This document shows positions 1 through 12,458 of a stretch of 57,232 bases of DNA, one piece after another. This DNA comes from Octopus bimaculoides (Eukaryota): the NCBI RefSeq assembly GCF_001194135.2, contig NC_068998.1:42579654-42636885 (forward strand). Direction: 5' to 3'. Position 1 is the stretch's first letter. Every line of letters begins with the position of its first letter. Under the pieces are notes generated by a model. The model was not told where the DNA came from. It ran no database searches and worked only from the letters and a program-made list of their open reading frames with translations. Made by a program: the position numbers and the translations under genes.

Positions 1-734
1 ATATATATATATATATAACAGAATCAACAATAATGCCAGTGTTGATGATGATGATTATGATGAAGATAATAATAATAATGATGAAGACACTACTACTACT
101 ACTGAGAATAAAAATAATAATAATAATAATTAATAATAATAATAACGATAATGGTCGAGAAACCCCTATGATTTGGCAAGATTATATAATTTGTTCTCTT
201 ACTCCCAATATTAATACCGATTCCATTTTCGAAATATGGCTCTACTGATTCTTTGAAGTGGTATTTTGGGGCAATTTTTGTTTTTATCTATGTGTTTTTC
301 TCTCTTATCACACGCACCTCAAACCCCAAACCACTACCTTAATCTTTCATTGGTGCGGCCCTCTTGCAAACTTAGAGCCGACCAATAACTGACTTTTGCT
401 TAATATACAAATTATGTCAAATGCCGAAAGGAGGCGAACACTTAATATATCTCATAAAATATCTATATCTACACACACTCACACACATCGCACACGCACA
501 AACGCTCGCACACACATTCACACACACATAAACGCGCACACACGGACACAAACTCACATACATGCATACACACACAAACACATGCACATTCATACACACA
601 CAAACGCGCACACACGGACACAAACTCACATACATACATGCACGCACACACACACACACAGAGCCGCGTGTGTGTGTACACAATTAACAGTTAGTGTGTT
701 TGCGTATACATATATTCATATTTATATAAATATA

Positions 735-779
<45 letters not shown>

Positions 780-890
780 ATATATATATATGTGTGTGTG
801 TGTGTGTATATATATACACGCACACACACATACACATACACACACACATACACATATATATATATATATATATATACACATGTATGTATA

Positions 891-931
<41 letters not shown>

Positions 932-1498
932 NNNNNNNNNNNNNNNNNNNNNNNNNNNNNNNNNNNNNNNNNNNNNNNNNNNNNNNNNNNNNNNNNNNNN
1001 NNNNNNNNNNNNNNNNNNNNNNNNNNNNNNNNNNNNNNNNNNNNNNNNNNNNNNNNNNNNNNNNNNNNNNNNNNNNNNNNNNNNNNNNNNNNNNNNNNNN
1101 NNNNNNNNNNNNNNNNNNNNNNNNNNNNNNNNNNNNNNNNNNNNNNNNNNNNNNNNNNNNNNNNNNNNNNNNNNNNNNNNNNNNNNNNNNNNNNNNNNNN
1201 NNNNNNNNNNNNNNNNNNNNNNNNNNNNNNNNNNNNNNNNNNNNNNNNNNNNNNNNNNNNNNNNNNNNNNNNNNNNNNNNNNNNNNNNNNNNNNNNNNNN
1301 NNNNNNNNNNNNNNNNNNNNNNNNNNNNNNNNNNNNNNNNNNNNNNNNNNNNNNNNNNNNNNNNNNNNNNNNNNNNNNNNNNNNNNNNNNNNNNNNNNNN
1401 NNNNNNNNNNNNNNNNNNNNNNNNNNNNNNNNNNNNNNNNNNNNNNNNNNNNNNNNNNNNNNNNNNNNNNNNNNNNNNNNNNNNNNNNNNNNNNNNNN

Positions 1499-1522
<24 letters not shown>

Positions 1523-1529
<7 letters not shown>

Positions 1530-1637
1530 TAAGATTTTTAAACTCTTAAATTTTCATATTCAAAAGAGACAGAGACTTCAAATTCGATATATCGATTTGA
1601 ATATGAAAATTTAAGAGTTTAAAAATCTTATGATATA
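1523..1637. repeat. Perfect 42-bp inverted repeat with 31-bp spacer, adjacent to (TA)n
   Basis: 1523-1564 (tatatcataagatttttaaactcttaaattttcatattcaaa) is the exact reverse complement of 1596-1637. Confidence 0.95.
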
Positions 1638-1943
1638 AATATAAACTGTGAGAACGACCCTTAAGGAATCTAATTAATGATCTCCTAAGGTAAGTTCTTA
1701 TGCTATATTGGTAACGGTTGCCACATCCTCTGGAAAAAAATTATTATATATATATATATATATATAATGCTCATCTCCAGCAATAGAGAGCAGTCGCCAT
1801 ATTTCATTCCATAACGTTACCTCTGAAGAGTGCAGGGTTACATAATCGAACTGTTACCTAACACTTCGCTGAACCCCAAGTGCAAAACCGATTGGTAAGT
1901 TCGACTGTGATGACTATATAATACTCTACACTTCGATTAATAA

Positions 1944-1974
<31 letters not shown>

Positions 1975-2461
1975 CTGATATGGACCTTATGAGGTTTCAT
2001 ACTCGAATATGTACCAGTAATCTACAGACGATATGATATGCTATTTTCGCATGACATAATCGACATCAATTCTGCCTTACGTAATTCATGGACAATATCT
2101 GCCCCGTCAAACGATCGAACTCACCATAGTTTATGTTATGAACAGGATGCTTTCAGCTTCTTCATTACGACGTGGGAAACTACAGACTGTGTAAAGAACT
2201 CAATACAATGATTGCAGAGTATATTGATATTTATCTAAGGAATACCGACAGAATCGCAATTATGTTCGGTATTTCAAGTAGTACTGTTCGAATCAATGGC
2301 TGAAACACACCTAGATTTACGTATTTGTTTACAAACGAACTTAAGACTGTTTGTCTAATTTTGTGACAAGTCCAAGAATGGGAAATAATTGGAATTCTGT
2401 CACTATTCCTTAATTAAATATATGTATATAATGCAATATGCNNNNNNNNNNATGCGTGTGT

Positions 2462-2494
<33 letters not shown>

Positions 2495-2616
2495 CATATA
2501 TAAAAACGAGCATGCGCGTAAACGCACAAATGCTCATCCATTCATGCGTACACATTTGCATTTATATATTTGCATACGTATATTTACATACACATGCATC
2601 CATACATATATACATA

Positions 2617-2830
2617 TGGAAGACCGAGACAACAGTTATTCCTGTGCTAACTGGTGCACTTGGCATAGCATCTAAAATGCTACACAAAAGACTGAAAGTG
2701 ATTGGAAATGTGAAACGCACTGATGATCGCCAGAAAAAGTACAATCCTTTGTTCTGCAAGAATCTCAAAGGAGATTCATGAGACTTGAGGAGACTTGTTG
2801 TCACCAAACATCAAGATAAAATACGTGCTA
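2617..2830 (+). mobile_element. 3' end of an R4/Dong-type non-LTR retrotransposon (C-terminus of restriction-like endonuclease), decayed
   Basis: Translates as WKTETTVIPVLTGALGIASK...(frameshift)LCSARISKEIHET*GDLLSP. This resembles the R4/Dong C-terminal pattern VIPIVIGALG...LLRSARILRRVLET*GDLL. It is followed by (TAA)n, the known Dong target. Confidence 0.8.
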
Positions 2831-2869
2831 ACTAAATTAGCATGCACTAGCGCAATAATGATAATGATG

Positions 2870-2909
<40 letters not shown>

Positions 2910-3855
2910 AGGCTGTGGCTCTCATGGTTTCTGATCTTAATTGATTGGAAGTGTTATCATGTACATTGTTTTGTCTTGGTATAAAAAATGGGCTACTGCA
3001 AATATTCTGCACAATATCACAGAATTGCTTTATCAGTTGCTTAACCTTAACTAGTTGAGCATGTCCCTTAGTGGCTGACGATATGTGCATCTCTGATCAC
3101 GAGCAGAAGTAGTGGGGGAGCATCATAGCCATGTGTTGAGAGGAATTCTTTGGGGTTTGGATAATTCACCTTTGGAAACATGGGTCTTTTGCTCAACATC
3201 CTTAAACAAACCTTATTTAGGGACCTTTGGAGCGGAATGGGCTACTCGACCTGGAGAAAATTCTAACTGGGCCCCACCTGCGAGGTCATGCGCTGTTTAT
3301 TTTGATATGAGTTCACCATGTCGCGCACATATGGTTGTGGTGCATGTGCCTGGTGCACCTTGTCAGACGGGTAGTCATGATGGGCATACTGGGCTTCGTA
3401 TATATTTCCCCAGTGTCACTTCGATGGCATGCACTGCTCTCTTTCACTCAATAATAATAATAATTATTATTATTATTATAATAACATTGACGATGAAATG
3501 CAAAATATAATAACAATGATATAGATTCTGATAAGATTTGCAAGGTTTCCTACTTGACCCTTAGTAACCTTGATAAACCCTGAAGGATTTTAAGAAATGA
3601 AGACATTCGTGACATGATTTGAACCCAAAACCTGGGCATCGAATAGACTTGCTCTAGTATCTCTCATTGTATATTAAATGATTTATTAGACATATTTCAA
3701 TTAATAGGCAACAGCGTCGTTGGTAACAAACTTATTTCGAGCCAGTCCTTGGTTTACTATATTTTTTGGTGCTGAAAGAAACAAAGGAGTGTCTGTAACT
3801 CGATTCAGAACAAATACCTCAAGGGTCTTAGTTCGTAAAGTACCGATTTTAAAAA

Positions 3856-3888
<33 letters not shown>

Positions 3889-4516
3889 TATCCTTTCTCT
3901 TCTGTTTTTATTTTTAACGTTCTCTCGCAGAATGTTTATCATCTCCACTTCGTAAAGTGTTTCTCACCTTAAAGCCAAGCTCTGGAAGACACTTACCAAA
4001 GAATGTCCCGCTGTGAAATCGAAACTGGAACAGCGAGTTTGTTAACCTCACAAGCACAAATTATTTTCTTACGTGTTTTATTGCTTCCTTTTGTTTACAT
4101 TTATTATTATTTTGTTTGTGGTTCTAAAAATACGAAATAACAAAGAATTATGTTTGGTGAGGCATTTTGGCAAAAGAATCACCAAATCTCCAGACACTAG
4201 AAGCACCAATGTATTGAAATGATAATACTACAACGTATAAACAAAATAAATGAAATCTTTGGGCTTGATTTAACATACTTTTTGTTTATCTTCTGTTTTG
4301 CTTATTATTTTTCTGCTTTGTTTTGTCTTGGGAAATCCTCTGTTTTTATATATTTTTCATATCAACTCATGAATTTTTCGCTTTCTTTAATCTCTCTGAT
4401 TGACACCGCGGTCTCTTCACACACCATGCTCCTTCTTTCCTCTTACATATACACACACGCGAGCGCACACACAGAGACACACACACATACGTACAAACCT
4501 CACACATACTACACAT

Positions 4517-4564
<48 letters not shown>

Positions 4565-5529
4565 NNNNNNNNNNNNNNNNNNNNNNNNNNNNNNNNNNNN
4601 NNNNNNNNNNNNNNNNNNNNNNNNNNNNNNNNNNNNNNNNNNNNNNNNNNNNNNNNNNNNNNNNNNNNNNNNNNNNNNNNNNNNNNNNNNNNNNNNNNNN
4701 NNNNNNNNNNNNNNNNNNNNNNNNNNNNNNNNNNNNNNNNNNNNNNNNNNNNNNNNNNNNNNNNNNNNNNNNNCACACATACATACATGCACACATACAT
4801 ACATATGAACATACATATATACATACACATATACATACATACACATATACATACATACACACATACATATGCACATACACGCACACATACATACATACAT
4901 ATAGATACACATTCCAACTTACACATCTACACACTTACACACACACATACACACCCATGCATGCATTTACATACGCATTAATGCACACAAACACACACAC
5001 ACAAACACACACACACAAACACACACACACATACAATGACAGTAATGTTTTGGCTCTACCACCTCTGACTTCCGCTGATTATAACCTCGAACCAACGAGG
5101 GAGTCTTGATGCGGTCGTTCAATTGGCTAGAAATAGAAGTCATTATCTCCCTTAAGTAACAATCCCCGTCGTCTCAGAAAATGTCACATCAGTTAATAGG
5201 ATTCTGGGTTCTCAGGATATCGGTAAAAGTCGTGTTGGTCACAGCTGGAAAGTCTATGATCGAAACTTACTTGATCAGAGTGGATCTGGTGCTAAACGGC
5301 ATCTACAAAATCTGTACATTCTATTACAAAAGCAATGACTCCCACAAAACTGGAACCGTCCAAGATCCAGTCTCAAAAGGCCTCTCAGAAAGGCCAGCGA
5401 GATGGGTGGCGGTATGTATTTTGTCGTTCCCGAAAAGACGAACAGCAAAGTCGCCAGCGGTAGAATTTGAACTCAAAACGTAAAGACGTCGAGCAAAATG
5501 CCATTTAACATTTTGCCCGGTGTGCTGAC

Positions 5530-5746
5530 AATTCTTTTCTACTCTTAGCACAAGGCGCGAAACTTTTGGGGAAGGGGGACGGTCAATTAGATCGACCCCA
5601 GTACGCAACTGGTAGTTTATTTATCGACCTCGAAAAAATGAAAGGCAAAGTCGACCTCTGTGGAATTCGAACTCAGAACTTAAAGTCAGACGAAATACCG
5701 CTAAACATTTCGCCCGGCGTGCTAGCGTTTCTGCCAGTTCGACGCC
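5530..5746 (-). mobile_element. tRNA-derived SINE, family B
   Basis: Reverse complement of the family B consensus seen in many window copies (head ggcggcgagctggcagaaacgttagc, B-box-like gagttcaaattcc, tail ggccttgtgcctagagtagaaaaga). An older, more decayed copy lies at about 5290-5500. Confidence 0.9.
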
Positions 5747-5777
5747 TTTGTAGTACGAGCAATGTTACTGGAAGAGA

Positions 5778-5986
5778 AGGCGGTGAGATGGCAGAAACGT
5801 TAGTACGCCGGGCGAAAAGCTTAGCGGTATTTCGTCTGTCTTTACATTCTGAGTTCAAATTCCGCCGAGGTCGACTTTGCCTTTCATCCTCTCGGGATCG
5901 ATAAATTAAGTTCCAGTTGCGTACTGGGGTCGATCTAATCGACTGGACCCCTCCCCCAAAAATTTGGGCCTTATGCCTAGAGTAGA
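5778..5986 (+). mobile_element. tRNA-derived SINE, family B
   Basis: aaggcggtgagatggcagaaacgttag...gagttcaaattccgccgagg...ttatgcctagagtaga; head-to-head with the copy at 5530-5746. Confidence 0.92.
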
Positions 5987-7386
5987 TATTTCGGTTGAAC
6001 GATATTTCGGCAGTTGGCCTGTCTTTGTCGAGATCAAAATGCAAAGTGGTACATAAGAAATTCAAAATTTAAAAAGAAAAAAAAAAAAAANNNNNNNNNN
6101 NNNNNNNNNNNNNGCAGTTGGCCTGTCTTTGTCGAGATCAAAATGCAAAGTGGTACATAAGAAATTCAAAATTTAAAAAGAAAAAAAAAAAAATGCAGAA
6201 AGACCGCCCTCCGGGCGTTTTTATACTAGTAAATTGATAACATTTTCAGATTTGATTCCCAATTCTAATAATTTTTATGATATTTTATGTCTGATTCTTT
6301 CTTTGTATAATAGTGCTCACTTGCTTAGTAAATATTGCTTTCATTATTTTATCACGGTCATAATCTCTCTTTTTTAAACAAACATCAAGTTAGTCCAACT
6401 ACGTTTAGTTTTAAAAAAAATAGCAGCGATGACATAAATGTATTTTGATACCTCTTGCGTATCAAATAGCTATAGCAAAAAATTCACTTGATAATTCTTA
6501 GATAACAACGGAAAGGAAATAAGTCACATAAGTTGGAAGCTTCAGTAGGTTTTAATAAGTTGCCTGATATAATTTTTTTCCAGTATGTATAAACAATAAA
6601 CTGAAGGCATTTACATAGCAAATTTAAGTCAACAAAATATCTAATTTCCTCATCTGAAATGACGAAATATAAAACTTGAAATGGAAAAATTGGAATGAAT
6701 ATATAACAAGTAAATTATTATTAATGAAAACAATTAGAGTGAGTGAGAGACTGTGTTGCAAATGAAAACGAAAAATTCCGCCGGAACATATTAATATTGT
6801 TTATCAAATGTTAATATCTACTCTGCAGTGAACGGAAAGCTTAGCGACGAATATTTAAGTTTGTGATATTAAATAATAGCAGACGTTTTGTAACTGCCTT
6901 TTTATCGATATATATTAAGAGGAATTTATAAAAATTTTCCAGAGAGTCAAACCTATAAAAGCTCGTTAGAAACTATCTTGTACCGAATTTTAAAATTTGT
7001 GAACTTGAAATATTCAATAATAAAAGGAAGTTAAAAAAGTAAAATTTCCGGAAAACTTAAATTCAGAAAATATTTCTTTCAATATTTTATTGTGGTTGTA
7101 ATATATTTCTAATTTAACAAACTTCAAGGTAACGCAACTACGTTTAGCATGCTACAAATAGCAGTGATCACGTAGTTATTATTGCAAGGCATACCAACAA
7201 AATCACTTATGCCAGTATATTAAAAAATTTTCATTTTTTAACAATATTCATTTAACAAACTCCGGAAACTGATATTATTCTTGAATTTGTATCATAAGCC
7301 TCAGAGTTATTCAGCTAAATTGTCTAACAACATTCATTGATTCATTCAATAAATTGATTTTTACATTCCATGTATAGAATAAACTG

Positions 7387-7672
7387 TATAACCTCGGGCC
7401 GACCAAAGCCTTGTGAGTGGATTTGGTAGACGGAAACTGAAAGAAGCTCGTTGTATATCTGTATATATATATGTATGTGTGTCTGTGTTTGTTCCCTCAA
7501 CATCGCTTGACAACCGATGGTGGTGTGTTTACGTCCCCGTAACTTAGAGGTTCGGCAAAAGAGACGTATAGAATAAGTACTAGGCTTACAAAGAATAAGA
7601 CCTGGGGTCGATTTGCTCGACTAAAGGCGGTGCTCCAGCATGGCCGCAGTCAAATGGCTGAAACAAGTAAAA
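7387..7672 (+). mobile_element. SINE family A, 5'-truncated
   Basis: Body cctcgggccgaccaaagccttgtgagtggatttggtagacggaaactgaaagaag, an internal (TA/TG)n tract, and tail ggcggtgctccagcatggccgcagtc...aaacaagtaaaa. Homologous to 18063-18380, 41530-41757 and 57022-57232. Confidence 0.92.
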
Positions 7673-7692
7673 TGATAATGATAATAATGATG

Positions 7693-7724
<32 letters not shown>

Positions 7725-8334
7725 GATGACGTTACGACTGTACCATAACGTATGACTATAACTTTCCAAATCCATCAACTTGATAGAACATGGCCATTGT
7801 ACGTCTGTATAAGAGAGAGCAGGGATGAGGGGAGGGACGGCGACCATGTGACTGGTTGGTTGGTTGGCTGGTTAAGTGTAGTAATGGTGGTTGTGTTGGT
7901 GGTGGTTGTAGTGATGGTGTGTGTGTGATGGTGGTGATGGTGGTGGGCTGGTTGTGGTGATGGTATGTGCGTGTGGTGTTGGTGGTGGTGTTGGTTGTTG
8001 TGGTCAAAATGATTGTCCTGGCGATGATGTGTGGTGGTAGTGCAGGTGGTGGCAGAGGTTGTAGTTGTGGTGGTTTTCCTCGCGGTGTTGGTGGTGGTAG
8101 TAGTGTTTGTGGTTGTGACGGTGGTGGTGGTGGTGGAGATGGGTAAAAGATGAGGTGAGAAGTTGCTGCGGTGATAAAGAATCCGCTTGGAATCTTTTTG
8201 TTTTTGTTATTTCTTTCTTTTCTTTATGGTAAATTGAAAATCAAATGAGATATTCTTGTAATGAAGCAGATATGAAGAATTTGAATTAAGTGCGTGTGTA
8301 TGGGTGTATGTGTGTGCGAAAGAGATAGAAAGAC

Positions 8335-8365
<31 letters not shown>

Positions 8366-9817
8366 GGAAGTGAGATTAATGGGTAATGTTTTGACAGGCT
8401 TTGATAATAATTAATAATAATAATGATAATAATAATAAAGGAAAACACGTGACCTTCCTGTCATAAACTTGTGACTCTTGTTTGAAATAATTCTTTGGTG
8501 ATTCACACTGAAATTTGCCTTTTAATTAGAGATTTCAGTTTGGGTGTCGTGAATGGTCAAGTTGAAAGGTGCAAGTGGGGACTAATAATGTCAGAAGTGG
8601 TGGTAGCAGCAGCAGTAGTGGTAATGGCAGCAGTAGTAGTAGTAGTAAAAACTGTAGCCATAACAGTAGAATTCGTTTTAGCAGCAGCAGCAGCAGTAGT
8701 GGTAATAGCAGTAGTAGCAGCAACAACACTATTACTACTACTACTACTACTAATACTAATACTACTACTACTAGTAGTAGTAGTAGTAGCAGCAGCAGCA
8801 GCAGTAGTAACAGCAGCATCAACAATAGTAGTAGTAGTAGTAGTAGTAGTAGGCGGCGGTGGTGGTGGTGGTGGTGATGATGATGATGTAGAGGAGGTGG
8901 TGCTAGTGATGGTGGTGGTGGTGATGATGATGATGATGATGACGGTGGTGGTGGTGATGGTGATGATGATGGTGGTGATGGTGATAACTCCTCACACTGA
9001 TGCTGATGCGCAACGGCCTAGACACAAAGTGTCACAAAAATAGCAAGAATCAATCAGCTGGACATCCACCTCCATCCTCCTCCTCCTCCTCCTCCTCTAG
9101 AATTCTTCTAGACAATATCGATACACTTCAGACTAACACTCACCACAATCTACCACTTCGTACCAACGCACATACCTCACCAGCCAATGAAGGAGTCGTT
9201 ATGTGGACGCTTGACACGCGAGATATAGTAGCCAAAGCTTCCTCGGATTACACCCTGCCGTTTTAGAGTAGGATAATATTTTATTTCTTAAGTCAGGGCT
9301 CGGGACTCTTTCTAGGGCCTCCGGGCCTCTTTGGGAAAGCGAGAGAAAGGAATCCTTAAACCAGAAACTTGGCCAAAATACTTCAATTATAGTGGATTCC
9401 TTTAAAGCATTCAAGATATTGGGGGGGGGGGTTGAAGCAAGCGAAGGAGTCAGCTCCCTCACTACCTCTTGTCGGCCATAATGGAGTTTGAGATCAGAAG
9501 CTATTCTGAATAATACGGTCCTGGAGTCGCGACACGTAAGGGACAAAATGTCGCTTGTCACAGATGGAATGCTTGAAGATAGATGATCTTGGGTTAAACC
9601 AGACCCATCGTAACAGCTTTCTAGGCCCCGGGTAAATCAATGCCCAGAGCTTTATAGTATTTTTTTCATAGACACCAATCTATAACAGACATGGTTCAGA
9701 ATTGGGCCATTAGACTACTGAGAACCCTCAGACCAGTGAGGCCCCTTAGACCAATGATGGCCTTTAGGTAATTTCCCAGTGTTTCGATATCTTCAGACGG
9801 TATGGGGTTAGACAACA

Positions 9818-10129
9818 AGTTGTTGTTGTTGGCACTCCATCGCTTACGACGCCGAGGGTTCCAGTTGATCTGATCAACGGAACAGCCTGCTCGTGAAATT
9901 AATGTGCAAGTGGCTGAGCACTCCACAGACACGTGTACCCTTAACGTAGTTCTCGGGGATATTCAGCGTGACACAGTGTGACAAGGTTGGCCCTTTGAAT
10001 TACAGGCACAACAGAAACAGGAAATAAGAGTGAGAGAAAGTTGTGGTGAAAGAGTACAGCAGGGTTCGTCACCATCCCCTGCCGGAGCCTCGTGGTGCTT
10101 TTAGGTGTTTTCGCTCAATAAACACTCAC
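9818..10129 (-). mobile_element. SINE family C (head lost in gap)
   Basis: Near-identical to 39756-40142, with a (CAA)n tail on the minus strand. Confidence 0.92.
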
Positions 10130-10689
10130 NNNNNNNNNNNNNNNNNNNNNNNNNNNNNNNNNNNNNNNNNNNNNNNNNNNNNNNNNNNNNNNNNNNNNNN
10201 NNNNNNNNNNNNNNNNNNNNNNNNNNNNNNNNNNNNNNNNNNNNNNNNNNNNNNNNNNNNNNNNNNNNNNNNNNNNNNNNNNNNNNNNNNNNNNNNNNNN
10301 NNNNNNNNNNNNNNNNNNNNNNNNNNNNNNNNNNNNNNNNNNNNNNNNNNNNNNNNNNNNNNNNNNNNNNNNNNNNNNNNNNNNNNNNNNNNNNNNNNNN
10401 NNNNNNNNNNNNNNNNNNNNNNNNNNNNNNNNNNNNNNNNNNNNNNNNNNNNNNNNNNNNNNNNNNNNNNNNNNNNNNNNNNNNNNNNNNNNNNNNNNNN
10501 NNNNNNNNNNNNNNNNNNNNNNNNNNNNNNNNNNNNNNNNNNNNNNNNNNNNNNNNNNNNNNNNNNNNNNNNNNNNNNNNNNNNNNNNNNNNNNNNNNNN
10601 NNNNNNNNNNNNNNNNNNNNNNNNNNNNNNNNNNNNNNNNNNNNNNNNNNNNNACACACACACACACACAAACGTTTATATACAGATAG

Positions 10690-10807
10690 ACAACTTTCAG
10701 TTTCCGCCTACCAAATCCACTCACAAAGCTTTGGTCGACTCTAGGCTATAGTAGAAGACTAAGGTGCCACGCAGTGGGACTGAACCTAGAACTGTGTAGT
10801 TAAGAAA
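10690..10807 (-). mobile_element. SINE family A 5' half, interrupted by a family D insertion
   Basis: tttcagtttccgcctaccaaatccactcacaaagctttgg...gtgccacgcagtgggactgaacc is the reverse complement of the family A head and body. Confidence 0.85.
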
Positions 10808-11068
10808 AAATAATAATAAATGCGCCCTTTTAAAGCCTAGCCAGACTCATGGGCTCGGTTTCCCGGTTTCGATGGCGTATGTGTTTCGCAGCTGAACGGG
10901 ACGCCAGTCCATCGAAGCGTGACTCATTTTTGCCAGCTGAGTGCACTGGAGCAACGTGAAATGAAGTGTTTTGCTCAAGAACGCAACGCGTCGCCCGGTC
11001 CAGGAATCGAAACCACAATCTTACGATCATGGTGCTGACACCCTAGCCACTAAGCCACGCGCCTCCAC
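10808..11068 (-). mobile_element. SINE family D, full length, with 12-bp TSD
   Basis: Minus-strand tRNA-like head (tggaggcgcgtggcttagtgg...gattcctggaccgggcgacg) and a cttgagcaaaacacttcatttcac core. Flanked by gt(a/g)gttaagaaa at 10796-10807 and 11069-11080. Confidence 0.88.
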
Positions 11069-11820
11069 GTGGTTAAGAAAGCTAGTATATTTCTGTTTTT
11101 CTTTTGTTGTTTTGTTCTGATAATCCTGAGCGTCTATACGAGATGTTTTTATTCGAGATGAATACCGCTGTTTCCCAGGCTTTCAAAAGTATATTAGCGT
11201 TCAGTATGATATAGTGAAAGGTTCGTTGAACTAATATTGCTTCTGGCACTAATAACGAATAAATGAAAAACGTAATTCTGAATATATGATATGCTATGGC
11301 TTTTATACCAATGGATTAATGTAACTCTCTCGTATAGAATGTTTTTCTCAACACATCTGAATAGTGTCAGGCAACGACAGAAGCCGTAACTGTAAACTAA
11401 AGTGACTCTAAAACCTATTTAAAGGTAACCAATTTACAAACTAGTCACAGAAATATATTCACAAAACATTCTTTACAGCCCCACAAATATTTGCACACCT
11501 TAAACAAAGGGCAATTACTGATCTAGCCTCTTCAAAATAGATTATATAACGCATAAAGAGGCAAGGTTCCCACTCCGAGACTTATTTAGTGATCTCACTT
11601 CAGGGAAAGGGCCACGGGGGTTGCCATTTCATTTAATTTTTCTTAATTTTCCTTAATTAATATCCACCTTTGTTTTACTCTTCGTTGAAAAAGTCGAAAA
11701 GACAGAAACCGCTGCTAACTGTTTCAAAATGTCTTTCATGATAAACTTATTTTAGCATTTTCTACCTCGTCTGATTTTCCTTATTCATATCAACCTTTGT
11801 GTCACTTTTCAACATTCTAC

Positions 11821-11876
<56 letters not shown>

Positions 11877-12380
11877 GTGAGAGAGGAGGGTTGGTCTGGA
11901 AAGCATTGCATAAGATATTATATTTATATTCTTTAGCATTATGATGCACATCGATGTTTCAGTGCATGTGTAAGTTTAAGAGACGTAGAGAAGAAGAACG
12001 AGAAAGAGCGAGAGAGAAGGAGAGAGAAAGAGAGACAGAGACAGACAAGAAGAGAGAAGGAGATAGGGAGATAGGGGGGAAGAGGGTCAGAGACAGACAA
12101 AGAAACAAAGTGACTGTGTTCTATGTGACGGACAGTATGTGTGCGTATATGTGAATGAGTGTGTTTGTGTATGTGTGCTAGAGTATGTGGATATGTGTAG
12201 GTGTGTGCCTGCGTATTTGTGTGTGTGTGTGTGCGTATATGTGCGTGCGTTTGGGTGTATGTGTGTATGTGTGTATGTGTGAGTGTCTGTATGTGCTTGT
12301 GAGTGTTTCATACAGCATAGAATTCCTGAATGTCCAGCTATGCATTAATTAAAGCTGTCAATAGAGCTTCATTAAACATA

Positions 12381-12458
12381 TCACAGGTAGTCGTGTTTAG
12401 CTAACAATTGCTCCAGTCTGTCCGCTGCTGTCTCCATTATGTTGCCTTTAACAATAAT
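12381..12458 (-). CDS. Candidate terminal coding exon, product unidentified (IIVKGNIMETAADRLEQLLAKHDYL*)
   Basis: Acceptor ttttaattcaatttcag; only phase 0 is open; non-repetitive peptide. No homology or expression support. Confidence 0.3.
   Translation of the reverse strand: MIVKGNIMETAADRLEQLLAKHDYL

Noticed and set aside
396-1614. Long ORFs of YI/HT/CV repeats and X runs throughout the ORF track (also about 4.4, 10.1, 15.8, 22, 43, 45.4, 49.5, 50.2 and 55.8 kb)
   Set aside because: They are translations of dinucleotide or tetranucleotide microsatellites and N gaps.
1800-1860. Hammerhead-like ctgaagag...cgaac
   Set aside because: GAAA is absent, and stems I and II do not pair.
3700-3810. 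Minus-strand candidate exon PKNIVNQGLARNKFVTNDAVAY*
   Set aside because: The region looks like a highly decayed SINE B, so the splice-like sites are probably incidental.
6010-6193. Direct duplication of about 80 bp on both sides of a gap (also about 43640-43730)
   Set aside because: Identical sequence flanking a short N-gap is the typical signature of unmerged overlapping contig ends.
8495-9043. Poly-Val/Ala/Ser ORFs (also 43800-44702, 44219-44821 and 53307-53972)
   Set aside because: Compound trinucleotide microsatellites that are open in several frames and have no domain content.
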